Shown here: positions 24,521 to 37,964 of the stretch, one piece after another
Numbering within the stretch: position 1 is the stretch's first letter
Layout: each line of letters starts with the position of its first letter
The notes under the pieces: generated by a model
Told to the model about the DNA's origin: nothing
What the model saw: only the letters and a program-made list of their open reading frames with translations
The model's database searches: none
Made by a program: the position numbers and the translations under genes
NCBI RefSeq assembly: GCF_001194135.2
Contig: NC_068984.1
Span: forward strand, 104,688,522 to 104,752,521
Source: Octopus bimaculoides
Taxonomy: Eukaryota
Reading direction: 5' to 3'
DNA length: 64,000 nt

Positions 24521-26165
24521 CTCACAAGACTATAGAGAAGGAATATAGTAAAGAAGGTGAATTTATGCTAGTGCTAAGAGGTCAAAGTATGACAGAGGGG
24601 ACATGAACAAGTTTGATGATGTATAGGAGATACACATTATATAAGGGTGAATGAGTGTAATTAAGGTGGATCTAGAAACAGAGATAAAGAGGGTGGTGAG
24701 GAAGAATGGTAAACTGAAGAAAGTGGGAAATTTATTGGCAAGTAATAGTTTTAAAAGATTTCTCAGACATAAAACTAATATGTGTGTGCATGCACACATG
24801 CATGTGTATGAATATATCTTAATATGTATATGTATAAATAAAAGTTAGTATATTCAATAGTGTCAGATCAGTTGAAATTAAAGCACTTTTGGGTGTTCCG
24901 TTGATTTATGAATACCAAGTTAGCATTTTTCTCTTTTTGCACTCACTGACAGCTTGCTCAGTCAAAATATTGTTGATGTTGTTAGTGCTGGTGAAAGATT
25001 TCATGATTACAGTTAGTGTTCAGACCACCCTGAGAGATCAATTTACAGTTGGTGTGGTCAATTAGATATTTACTTAAACTGTTTAAGGAATAATATGATA
25101 AAGAGCTATAAAAAAAATATTTAGAAATTTAGTTCTTATTTTATATCTGATATTATCAAAAAGTCTTACGAATTTCTATGTCATGATGAAGTTGATTTAA
25201 AAACAGTGATTTTCACTCTCTTTTAGATAAATCAAGTTATAACTAAAATATGGAGTATTTGAAGAAGTAAATATGTATAGGTTTCCCAATTTAGAAATGT
25301 TACTACTCCGATAGACTAATATCAGCTGCTGTTATAAAATGCAAGAAAATATGTTTGTTTAAATGGTTAAAAATAAGTTAGGAGCAGCCATATGTAAACA
25401 TCTAAGAGGCTACTGTATACTTCAGATTGGAATACCTTTCAATCAGGTGAATGTTAGTCAAACTAGAACAATATTAGTTTCAGTACAAAGTGAAGATTAT
25501 CACTAACTCAGAACTATGAGAAGACTGACAGCAATAGGGTGTTATATTCCTTAATAACAATAATGATGGCTAGAAGTGTATCAGATATGCGGTCTCTTCC
25601 CTAGTAATAACAATATAATCTGTCATGAGCAGATTTCTCGCTCCTAAAAATAACATTAAAATTGAAGGAGAATTTTTTCTCCCTCCCTCTTTGCTATCTT
25701 CCCCTCACCATTTGACCAGTCTGTGAATGTCTGCTGTGTTTTATGCTATATATTACAGAAGTATAGCTGAGAAGTAGGAAGTCTGCATTATCTTTTATCT
25801 GTTCATAAATATTACAAAATACCCGGAAATAAAAATAAACAGCATGATATCAATATAACAATATTATTTCCTTCATCTTTCTCAGCTATATGTCATTAAT
25901 AAAAGGTTGATATAATATTATAGTAAACTAGTCCTACTGTAATTGTTTATCCTGATCTGAGTTTAGTCCAGAAAGAAGATAAGGTTGAAAGTATATTCAA
26001 AGATCCATTTCCCATGGGTTCACAGTAGCAGACAAAATGTTTGCACATGTATTCCTTATCATCTGCTGCCCAGAAGTAGAAATCAACCAGCTGACATCCG
26101 CTGGCTTTCATGATTGCCATTGAGATCCAACAAATTATTGGCTTTTTTTTTTCTTTCACTTTTTC

Positions 26166-26490
26166 AAATGATACCTTTTACTCCCAAATGATACCTTTTA
26201 CTCCCAAATGATACATTTACAGCATCCTGTTTCAAGTCTGTTCTTATTAATTGAATACCATGCTTCCAAAATCTATCTTATCATATACCATGCTTCCAAG
26301 ATCTCTCTATTATAAAAATCTATCTATTATATAAATCTTCTTCTTCTTCTTCTTCTTCTCGTACAGATCTATCTGTTATATAAATCTATCTGTTATTATA
26401 TACCATACTTCCAAAATCTGTTATATAAATCTATCTGTAATATAAACCTGTTATATATATTTGTCTGTTATTATATACCATGTTTCCAAA
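26166..26490. repeat. Short tandem / minisatellite cluster
   Basis: aaatgataccttttactccc repeated about 2.7 times (20 bp), then degenerate units taccatgcttccaaaatct and aaatctatctgttat. Confidence 0.8.
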
Positions 26491-27789
26491 ATTTATCTGT
26501 TCTCTTTGCTTACCCTAATGATGGTAATGTATTTTAGGAACTAGGGTTATGCTAAGGTCTATGAGGATGGAGGGATGGGAGTTAGGCTCTATAAGCTCTC
26601 ATTAATTGAAAAGAAGGAGAACACTGTTCTCCTCTACACACCTGCTCCATTTCCATCACTGGCTTACCCCCTACTTTAAGCATCTGAAACTCAAACTGTT
26701 TGAAGGTAAATAAGATTTATCTAAATTAGCCATTTTAAAATAGAAAATACTCATTTTATCTTTAGCCTTCAAAAGTAAAAATGAAAACAAAAGTTTTGTC
26801 GTATTTTATATATTTGAACACTAATTATTGATCTATTAAAATTTTAATTTTCATGTTGATATATTTTTTTCATAAACACTAAGTTTTATTAAATTATCTT
26901 GATTTAATGTTTTCTCTGTTTTATCTCAGTTAAGTTTTGCATCTTGGAGAGTATAAAGATTTTTTAAAAATTATTAATATCCATCAAAACTTTAAAAAAT
27001 CAAAAACAATAACAAAAAAAATTTAACAGATTGTTGTCTGTGACATTTTAAAGTTCTTTCCAATATTAATTTCATTAGAAATTCCGTTTAACCATTTAAT
27101 TACCATTTTCAAACTTATTATTAGAGAAATATGGCAAGGCAAGTCAAAAGAATGTCAATTAATCAGCCAAAGGGTTGACATATTTATCACTGGCCCAAAT
27201 CCCTTCCATTCAATAACCCAGTGTCTGGTTTTCTTCTTGGTTCCTTTGTCTCCATGTGAAGCATAGCACACAATTTCTCCATGGTACCTAGAATATATAC
27301 ACCATGGAGAAAGAGCTGCTATTTGTATCTCTGGCCTCTCCATGGTATCTATAGTACACAAACCATGGAAAAGTTCAGTTATAAACAATAGTCAGAATAG
27401 TCAGTGCCACTGACAAATGTTTCATTAGCTTGTGATCTTAAACTCAAATCCAGAGGCCTTTAGTGGGGAATGGGATATCAGTCCACTATATAATCCCCAA
27501 GAAATCTTTTAAGAAACATTACAAATGTGTTCTTTCTTCTGTCAGACATTGGTAAAAATGTTCCTGTCATATATGTGCATTGATTCAATTGGTTCTGACT
27601 CTGCCCACCACTCCAAATTTGTGATCTTGTGTCAATGTAACAAAATTCTATTGTTTTAGAAGATTTTCAAGTAGTAGGAAATGGTGAAGATAATAAAGAA
27701 ATGGACTAAATCCTCTACCATATCAAGTTTGTTATATTAGTGTTCTGAGATGACTTTGTAGGTGTTTTGGTTTAGCTATACAATCAATT

Positions 27790-28460
27790 TAATCTGACTT
27801 AAACTTAGATCCTGCAAAGTAGTAAGGTACATAAGACAACAAGCTTCCTCCAGTATGGTTGATTTAGCATAGTTTATTGTGTCCCTGTCCAGCAAGGACC
27901 TGTGCATTTGAAACCATCCTGGAATTCTGATGCCTAGTCGTTCTTGGACTGGACCTTTTTCCATTTTATTTCTTTCAGCATCAATGTCACTGCAGCCTTT
28001 GCATGCCAAGTGGCTAGCAGGTGGTACAGAATGTGATCTTCCATGTGAATCTGACATAATACCATGATGTTTTTCAATGGCTGTGATTTGCTTCACAGAA
28101 GGAGTCTGTCACTTATAATTCTATTTTTTCAGATGGCATTCTTGGTGGAATATATCCAGCTTCCTGTCAATTTTTGCTGACATTTTCCATATTTCACTGC
28201 CAATCAGAACCATTGGCGCACTGTTACCCAGATTTAGCACAACACTTAATGTATTCCGCAGTTCATATTTTTTTATTGTTTCTGTCATTATTGATCACAC
28301 TACCAGGTAGGAGAAAATGTTCACATTTTTCCACAATCTATTGTCCAATAAAGATTGAAGGCTGGGTAGACGCATTAATGTTCATCTCCCAGGTGTTTTC
28401 AGTTAATTCCTGCTTGTTTTTTGATGTTGGTAGTTAGTTCTTTTAGCCTAATTCTAGTTT
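27790..28460 (-). mobile_element. RTE-type LINE remnant, RT C-terminal half
   Basis: EKCEHF..PGS, LIGSEIWKMSAKIDRKLDIFHQEC and a decayed RGRP-like segment in shifting frames; ORF 27776-28096 lies in this remnant. Confidence 0.6.
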
Positions 28461-29624
28461 CTGCTAACTGTACAATGTTATTAGCAAAGGCCAGAGACCA
28501 ATAAAATATATAGTAGCAACATAGACACTGGAGTCATAATCATAGAGTAGTAAAAAACAAAATACTGGAAACAGTCTGTCTTCAATGTAAAGTATAACAG
28601 TACATCCTCAACACCATCACCCTTTCCTCCCCTCCAAACTCCACTTCTTCATCTTTTAACATCCACCTTTCATGCTGTTATGAGTTGGATGGTTTGACAG
28701 GATCTGACAGATCCAAGGACTGTATCGTGCTCCAATGTCTGCTTTGACAGACATTTGGTTTATGTGGCTGGATGTCTTTCCTAACACCAATCACTTTACA
28801 GCATGTATTGGGTGTCTTTTTTTTATGGCACCGGCACAACTGAAGTCTTCGTGCAGCTCACAAGTCTAGGATCCCCTTTAACTGAGTGGGGCTATAGTAG
28901 AGAGTGAGCCAGCTCTTTGATAGGAAACGAGGAGTTTAATGTATGAGAGAAGGGGCCAGCACAGAACAGGTTTCTTGCTGTTACTTATAGACAAGTGGGT
29001 GGGAGTAACCAAGGTAAAACTGGAAAGAGAAATAAAATAGTGGTGGTGAGGTGCCAGGGAAGGCCCTGAAGATACAAGACTGATGAGGTGTGAGTGAGGA
29101 GAGGGATAGCATAAATAAATAGAATTATGAAAGTCCCTCAGAGATGATACAAAAGATGACTTAATGACACAAAATGTGATTGTTAACATAAGGGAAAAGC
29201 CAAACTTGAATGCTATAGTATTCCAGCACCTGACATCTAGTGTGTTAATGACATGCTCCCAAAATAATATTCAGCTGTAAATCATGAATATTTTAAAGAA
29301 TATATCAAACAGAATTGTTTTAAATAATAACATTTGATTTTTTTCTATTAAAATTTCATGTTTTTATCAAATATTATTTTTAAAAAATGAAGGAAAAAGG
29401 TATTTCATATTTTTTCATCATTATAAAAGACAATCAATGTTAGTCAAAGGATTTAGTCATATCTTTGAAAAGCTTCCTAAGCTCTGCTAATGGAGATGAT
29501 GGAAGTTAAAAGTAGCAAGATCATAAAGTTCAAATTTTCAAGAAAATCAATAGAACCAATTAAGAAATATTACAACAAAAATAATTTTTTACTAAGTGAG
29601 AATAAAAACAGAACCAGATACTGT

Positions 29625-29626
29625 TT

Positions 29627-29677
<51 letters not shown>

Positions 29678-29701
29678 CACCACTACCACTACTGCTGCTG
29701 C

Positions 29702-29735
<34 letters not shown>
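29625..29735. repeat. (ACT)n-(ACC)n-(GCT)n-(AGT)n triplet microsatellite
   Basis: Directly visible; (ACT)n and (AGT)n arms are mutually complementary. Confidence 0.95.
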
Positions 29736-29736
<1 letters not shown>

Positions 29737-29945
29737 ATGCCAGCTGGCTGGCTGAATCATTAGAGCATCATAAAAAAATTATTTGCAGTATTTCTTCTAT
29801 GTCCTGAGTTCAAATACAGTTGAAGTCAACTTTGCTTTTCATCCTTTTGTGGTTGATAAAACAAAGTGCCAGTCAAGTACAGGGGCTGATGTAAATGACT
29901 AACCCACTCCTCCTAAAACTGCTGGCCTTGTGCCAAAATTTGAAA
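29737..29945 (+). mobile_element. SINE (second family)
   Basis: ctgagttcaaat...tttcatccttttgtggttgataaaac...gtgccaaaatttgaaa. Confidence 0.7.
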
Positions 29946-30512
29946 TCCTCCTCCTTCTTTTTCTCATTATTATTATTATTATTATTATCATCATCATTAT
30001 TAATGGTGTCAAGCTGGTGGAATCATTAAAGGATGCTTTGTAGTATTTCTTCTGACTCTACATTCTGAGTTCAACTTTGCTTGCTATCCGTCTCTATGTG
30101 AAAGATGTATTGCTTGTAAAATTTAAATTAAGACATTATATCAAACCTAAAAAAAGAATACCCTAAAGACACTGGTGCCTTTCAGTGTGCCAAATGCCCA
30201 AGCAAAAATACTTACTAGTGTATTTGGTTGCATTGAAACACATTTTGAAAACTGGTTGACATGGTCCTAGAGTATTCAAGTTAACCTAACCATTAATCTT
30301 TCAGGTTTTATTTCTTGTTTTAATTGTTGTATATATTATATTGTACATTTAAAATCAATTTCTGTGCAAACATATGTGCATGTATGCATACATATGTGTG
30401 TATGCACATGTGTACATGTATGTGTCTGTGTGTGTGTGTGTATATATATCCTGAACATGAATATTAATATTAATAATATGAATATAATGAATTCATAATA
30501 TATATGTATGTG

Positions 30513-30519
<7 letters not shown>

Positions 30520-30594
<75 letters not shown>

Positions 30595-30640
30595 CCAATA
30601 TATATACATACATTATTAAGTACCCATTTCATCAAACTGA

Positions 30641-30680
<40 letters not shown>
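30520..30680. repeat. (TG)n and (TA)n microsatellites
   Basis: Directly visible. Confidence 0.95.
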
Positions 30681-30686
<6 letters not shown>

Positions 30687-31893
30687 ATAAACACAAAGCA
30701 ATGGAGATTTATTCATGATTTAATCAACTATATACATTACAAGGAAAATGGCTTACCTCAAAATACTGCAACACATCAGATATGTACATTAAATCGATCC
30801 CATATTTGATCAATTAAAGTGTTACAGAGAGAGAGAGAGTGATGAATTCAACACCATCTTATTCTTATCAAAACTATACCATTAAAGTGTTGCTTATATT
30901 ATTGTACCATTAAAGGGAGTGAGTAGTAGAATTTGCTCAGCTCATAACCTAAACTTATATGTGACCATTTCCTAAATCAATGGGATAAGGAAGTGTTCTT
31001 TATAGGCTTACTTAGGATTTGTACTTATCAGGCCATGACAGAATTGTAATTTTGATTTTTTAACTCTTATAGTATATACTTCTTCTTACAATTAACATAC
31101 TTATAATATACTAGATCCATCCAATAAACAACTAATTTTAATTAGAGTCCTTAGACTCAGATGTAATTTAGTCTCTTTCATCCTGGATTTTATTTCATAT
31201 TTAGTAAATTTTAAAATTGCCTTACCTCATCTTCCTTATCCAAATTTAGAATATAATTATTCCTAACATGTAGTCTTCTAACATGTAATGGAATATTCTC
31301 CTTAATGAATACCACCTTTCCAATTTTTTCCTTTAGACATCTCATTAATTCAGTTCATCTTCATCCACTCAATGTAGAATTACAGTTCTATCATGAATCC
31401 TAAATAGGTTTATAAAGAAAACTTTCCAACCACCAGATCAGGGAAATGGGCAAATATAAGTGTAGGAATGAACCAACTCAAATTTACAATTCATTTCCTT
31501 AAAATGTTCAGCAATATAGGCAGTGGTGATATAGCTTCAATAAGAATAGGATGGTGTTGAATTTCTCTCTCCCCCATAGCATTTTAATCAAGCAAATATG
31601 AGATTGATTAAATATGCATAATTGATGCATTGCACCATTTTGAGGTATGGCATTCTATTTGAAACATACATAGCTGAATAAATCATGAATAAATTTCCAT
31701 TCTTTTGTATTTTTCTACTATAGTCTGTGAGTATATACTGTATCTATACTGAATTCATTCAGTGTTTAAACTTCTGATTTATAAATTGGATAATTGACAG
31801 GAAGATGTTTATAACCTATGAGTATTACTGTGGCATTCACTGGACAATTTATTTAGCTGGGTTTGATCCCTTCAGAGTGGCTAATAAAGAAAA

Positions 31894-31894
<1 letters not shown>

Positions 31895-31946
<52 letters not shown>

Positions 31947-32640
31947 GTTTGACTTATGCTTTGTATTTAGACAAGTTGACTCCAAGTCTCACCCAGAGAC
32001 CTCAAGAGACAACAAGTTAGAAGTTAAAGTTGGTGTTATGCCTCGGGTGCCGTATATTTGGTTTTGGCACAAAGTATTGTTCTAGAGAATGTTTAAGAAA
32101 ACATAAGAAAATTTGTTTGTTTTAAAATTTGAGATTACATAGACAGTATTTTATGTAGGATATGGGCAGTTCCAATGAGCACTATCCTTTGAATTTCTAC
32201 CATTTTGGGGTTTCCTGGTATCTGAGCTAGGTAGGAATCAGCCCCTTTTGCTATCATTCTTAATGCACCAATGACAACAGGTATTGTTTTAGTCTTGAGG
32301 TTCTGCATTTTGCCAAATCCTATTTCAAGATCTTTATATTTGCTCAGTTTTTGGTAGGTCTTGACAGATACACTTACGTCGATTGGGGAAAGTCATATCA
32401 ACAAGGAGGCAGGCTTATTTGCACCTGTCTTTCTGTCAGTTCAAATGGTGAAGTTCCAGAGGAGTGAGATGTCATTTTCAAGCACTGGAAATGGTTTGTG
32501 TTCCCACCATTTTTTATCATGGGGCAGGTCCAAGTTTTTGCAAATTACCTAGTGAATATATTGTGCTGCTCTATCATGCCTGTTGAGATACTCTGTAGGT
32601 GCAAGAAGGCTGCACATGGAGACAACATGATCAATGGTTA
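31895..32640 (-). mobile_element. R4/Dong-type LINE 3' end (restriction-like endonuclease) with (AAT)n tail
   Basis: Minus frame LIDMT.PIDVSVSVKTYQKLSKYKDLEI...KTKTIPVVIGALRMI...GTAHILHKILSM* (PD-..-D-..-EK-..-KY type motif), 3' UTR, then the (att)n tract on plus. Confidence 0.8.
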
Positions 32641-32646
32641 TTATTA

Positions 32647-32682
<36 letters not shown>

Positions 32683-32689
32683 GTTAAAA

Positions 32690-32898
32690 AGGAGGTGAAC
32701 TGACACAATCGTTAGCATGCTGGGCAAAATGCTTAGCAGTATTTCACCCAACTTTGTGTTCTGAGTTCAAATTCCACTGAGGTTGACTTTGCCTTTTATC
32801 CTTTTGGGGTTGATAAATATCAGTCAAGTACTGGGGTCGATGTGATCAACTTACCCCCTCCCCACAAATTTCAGGCCTTGTGCCTATAGTAGAAAGGA
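32690..32898 (+). mobile_element. SINE (second family)
   Basis: gaggtgaactgacacaatcgttagc...ctgagttcaaattcc...agtactggggtcgat...ttgtgcctatagtagaaagg then (ATT)n. Confidence 0.8.
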
Positions 32899-33369
32899 TT
32901 ATTATTACTATTATTATTATTATTATTATTACTATTATTATTATCATCATATTTGTTGTCGTCATCATCATCATCATCATCATCATCATTATTATTTTAT
33001 GTTTTACTGAATGGATGCTTATGTTAGAACCGATGTGTTTTTTTTTTTACAGGATAACCAATTTTATTAACAGAAAGCTTTTCAATCATTTGTGGGTCCA
33101 CCCCATTATGTGGATAGGAGATTGTTCATAGACATTTTTAACTGTCTGTGTGTATACTTTTTTTTTAACAACTAGCCATTTACATCATTGTTTCTATTGC
33201 AAGACTTAAATTTTGAAAAATGTGAAAATTAAATGAAGTAACACAGGTTAGAATTTCACAAAGCAAGTTACAACAAAAAATAAAAGAAAGAAGTGTAGAA
33301 AACATTAATTTAAATACAAAACTAAAACATTTTATTTATAGCAAACATTGTAAGTCATAAGGAGCTCCC

Positions 33370-33900
33370 TGATATGAGGCAGCTCAAGGAAAAGATTATA
33401 TAGATGAGATATACTGAGAAAGGCAGTGCTTCCTTGATTAATGGATTTATCTAAGACAGGGTAAGCGGAAAGTAACATTGCTCTGGTTTTCAAATAATGA
33501 GGAAGGTATCTTCAAAAGAAGAGTTGAAAGGAATCCTGGCCAATGTGTGGCCAGATGAGTGTTCCCTCATCTGAAGTAAGACATATGATATTTAAGACAA
33601 AGAATGAAACTTGAGGCAGGCACTAATTCTGTGCTAAATGTTTGCTCACAGGTTGGTACTGAAGTATATGGGATAAAGGAATACTGGGTTCATGGTTAAA
33701 GATTTTAGTACTGATGTTTGGTTTGTAGCCACTTATGTCACATAGTGTAGGCATGTGTTGCATATGGAGGTGACTTACAACAACATGTAGTTGGATGGAG
33801 TATGCATAGAGGTCAAAGGATCCTATTAGCCCCTGAAGACTACCAGAAAAGCCTAGAGCTCTGCTCACTGAGGGAGTAGGAATAATGTCTGTCAGACTAG
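33370..33900 (-). mobile_element. Possible Penelope-like remnant
   Basis: Weak similarity of minus-strand translations to the PLE Cys/GIY-YIG region at 505-830; heavily decayed. Confidence 0.3.
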
Positions 33901-35092
33901 TAGTGCATGGTATATGATCCAGTTGCTACATTTATGGTAGTAAAGGCTACTTGAGAGTCTTCTGTTCAGAAGAAGCAGAAAAGCAAAATATAAAGAGAGA
34001 GAGAAGACAGCAGAAATAGTGACCAACAGCTCCATGAGATGAAGATTATAATTTTTACTGCTTTAGATTTAATATGTCTCTTTGTTCTGAGCACAATCTA
34101 CACCAGAGTTGATAAAAGTTTCATCTCTCTAGGTTTATCAATTAAGTATCAGTAATATACAGAAATTGTTCCAATCAACTCTAATTCCAACCATACAATA
34201 TTGGCTTTGTAGGAAATTGAAGAAAATCATCTTCAAAGAATATACTCTGTTGTATTAGTAGGTGTAATAGTGGTGGTTGTTGTGGTGATAATAGTAATAG
34301 TAGTAATGATAGTAGTATTATAATAAACATGACTGCAAGATATCTCTTCAAAGGATTTCTTTAAAATATTCAAGTAGCCACATTAAAGTGTAATAATAAC
34401 ATATAAAGAACTGATCACTTGCAAATAATATATGGAGATTTGATTTAAGTCCAGTGCTTACATCCCTAAATTAAAGATCACTTTGTTGCTTGATTTTTTT
34501 TACCATTCCTTGTACACTGGGTTTTACAGTTAATTTACTGAGTTGCTGTCTTTAGTGTTATATGTAATAGACCACGCTTGCTTTTATTTTTAATATTTTT
34601 ACACTAAAATATATTTCATGGTGTGGAATTAAACTTATGAATCAAAGCATTTGATAAGAGTAAAATGAAAGAAGATAATTTAGATTGCAACCAACAGATC
34701 CTATGAAAGATAGAGTAAAATGATGTGGAATATAATCACTAAGAATATGAGATGTGTATGAAAAAATATAACATTTTTATGTTAGAGGAACCTATATCAA
34801 AGTATAGCATAGCAAAATGGATAGCTTAGCTGTTAGTTCATTTCTGATGATGAATTACACAATAAAAAATTACTTCATTTATAACAAAATGGTTCAACAG
34901 AGGAGACAGAGTTTTAGCAATATGGTGAAGGTTTAGGGAATTTATCAATCAAGGAAAAATTAGGTCTTTAATGGTCTGACATTGAGAAATCGTCTTTATT
35001 TCTGCTGGCTAGGCAGGAAACCATTTTTGTAAAAGAAGAGGATTGGTTGACAGGAACATTGTTTTTACATCTACTTTTCCATGCTTGCTATA

Positions 35093-35152
<60 letters not shown>

Positions 35153-35394
35153 TGCACCCCCACCCACGTACGTACATACATATCATTTTACTGAAACAAT
35201 GTTTGTCTTGTGAGTTGAATTTCATGCTATTGTGATCTTATTTCAGTTGTGAGATAAACATTCACTTTCAATAAAACCAATTCCTTTACAACATATTGAG
35301 AACTTCTACATTCACTGACACAAATTAATGTATGTATATATGTTCTATTTCTCTTTTTAATTTAGAATAAATTCTCAATTTAAAATAAATTTTG

Positions 35395-35521
35395 ACCTGT
35401 TCCAGACTGTTCTGGCGACCACATCAAACCTCATGGAAAGATATCTGGAAGACATTCTCTTGCTTTTGGCAATAATGTGGTTGATGTCTTCAGCCTTGAT
35501 CTTGCACAGCTTACATTTTGT
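35395..35521 (-). mobile_element. R4-type LINE, 3' portion split off by the Gypsy insertion
   Basis: Minus translation KCKLCKIKAEDINHIIAKSKRMSSRYLSMRFDVVARTVW (CCHC knuckle region) continues the frame interrupted at 40482. Confidence 0.85.
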
Positions 35522-37964
35522 TATGGTGAAATCCTAACACCTCTGTGGGATAGCAAGTGAACTGTCTTAAACCTTATAAAGGCGCATGTGTACTGACAGT
35601 GTGATGTACAGTGTGGTGTGTGCAGTCAGATTTATGAAGGCAGTAGTAGAAGTTGAGAAGAGATATGAGTTAGTCACGTGTTTGTTATTGATTTAGTTTT
35701 TGTAGTGTCATAGCACTGTTACAGTGTGGTCTATATCCAAACCCAAGGATATAATAATAGTGGTGATGAGACATTTGAAGCTCACTGTGGACGTTCTTAG
35801 CATAGAAGACCTATTAGCTTCCATGGTACAGTTGCAATGGCAACTACAACAACAACATGAAGAACAACTGAAACAGCAACAACAAGTACAACTGCAACAA
35901 CAACAGTAAAATCAACAGTTGCTGGAATTATTGTTGCAGTCCAAAAACACTTCAAGTTTGTTTTCGGCAGACGGGGTTGCTAATTCAATTGAAGAATTTA
36001 CTTATAATCCAGAAGAAGGGATTACATTTTCTGCATACTTCAGAAGGTATAAAAGAATCTTCAAAGAAGAATATACAAATTGGATGGACGAAAAGACGGT
36101 ATGACTTCATTTAAGGAAATTATCACCTGCAGAACATGAAAAGTATTGTAATTACATCCTGCTGAGAAAACCATCCAAAGTTTGTTTCAAGGAAACAATT
36201 AACCTATTATCTTATATATTCAGTGAAAGAAGTTCACTATTTAATATTTGCTGGGAGTGCTTGAATTTGAAAAAAGAAAGAAACTGAAGATTTTATCATG
36301 TATGTTGGAATCGTAAACAGAGAATGTGAAAAATTTAAACTAAACGAATTAGCCCGGATATGTTCAAATGTCTAATCATTGTACAAGGATTAACTGCAAA
36401 CAAAGATGCAGAGATATGGGCTCAGATATTAACAAAACTAGAACAAGATTTGAAACTAACTCTACAGGCAGTGGCTGAAGAATGCCAAAGGATTATAAAT
36501 TTACGACAGGATGCAGAAAAAATTGAGAAAGATTATTCAAATATATGTGTTGACCTGTAACAAATAACAAAAAAGAAAAACAACAATCAAGACCCAAACC
36601 ATGCTATGGGTGTGGAGAAATACATTTTAAAAGAAACTGTTCTTTTAAAAATCTAAAATGTTTTGGATGTGGAAAAATCAGACATAAGAATTCACATTGT
36701 TGGGTGAAACAAAAAAGGTTGAATGAAAAAATTTCAAGAAAAAAAGTATTGTCAACACAAATGCAAAGCGAGGCACAAAAAAGAAAATTTGTCTTCATAA
36801 ATATAATAATGTGACTACAAGACTACAGTTGAAAACAGGTAGTGATATCACAATAATTAATGAAGATACACAGAGAAAAACAAGAAAGCCTACATTGAAA
36901 AAAACTTTGAAAATTGTGCGAAGTATTTCAGGGAAACAATAGCGATTTTGGGGCGAAATGATAAGTGAAGTGACGTTTCGTGGAAAAACTTTGAAAGCCA
37001 AAATTTTTGTATTAAAAAATACGACAAACCTATTTGGCATAGATTGGATGGAACTATTTAATTTATGAGGCCTCCCCATAAATATTTTTTGTAATAATGT
37101 AAACAGTTCTTATGCCTGTTCAAATAAGGCATCAGAGGATTTAAAAAAGAAATTAAAAAAGATTTTCCCTGATGTTTTTTCTGAAGAATAGGTAGGTGCA
37201 CCAAGACAAAAGTTAAAATTATAAGTGAAAGAAAATGCTGTACCGTATTTAAGCCAAAGCAAACTGCACCTTTTGCGGTATTGAATCAAGTCAATGAGGA
37301 ATTGGATAGACTTGAAAAGCTTGGAGTATAGAAAAAAATTGATTATTTAGAATGGGCATCACCAACTGTTTATGTAAAGAAAAAAAATATGAGTATGCAC
37401 TGACTTTTCAATAGGCTCAAACAAATGTTTGATGACATATAATTACCCATTACCGAGTCCAGAGGAAAATTTTGTGTAACTCAAAGGAGAAAATTTTTTT
37501 TCAAAGTTGGACTTGCTGGAGGTGTATTTACAGTTGCAAGTCAAGGAGGAATGTTCAAAATTATTAACAATAAACACTCAGAAAGGTTTATATAAATTCA
37601 ATCAACTTCCTTTTGGGATAAAGGTGGCATCTAATATTTTCCAACAGATGATGGACACTATGCTTGCGGATACTAATTTCGCTATAGCTTATTTGAATGA
37701 CATACTCATAAAAAGTGAGTCTTGAGGCCAGCATGTTAAAAAAGTCTTTGAAAGAATAAAGGAGAATGGATTTAAACTTAACGAGGAAAAATGTGAATTT
37801 TTCATGCCAGAAATAAAGTATCTAAGGCAAGTTGTCAATAAAAATAGTTGCAGGTCAGATCTTTCAAGACTGACTGCAATGAAAAATATGCCACCCCCCA
37901 AAAATATTACAACTTTACAAGCGTTCTTAGGGCTCACAAACTATATACCGAATATGCATGATCT

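Noticed and set aside
26677-26692. 16-nt minus-strand microexon candidate (MLKVG)
   Set aside because: Splice-like sites only; such short matches are expected by chance.
34132-34255. 41-codon open plus-strand frame after an AG
   Set aside because: Overlaps a decayed SINE core (ttcatc...ataa.ttaagtatcag).
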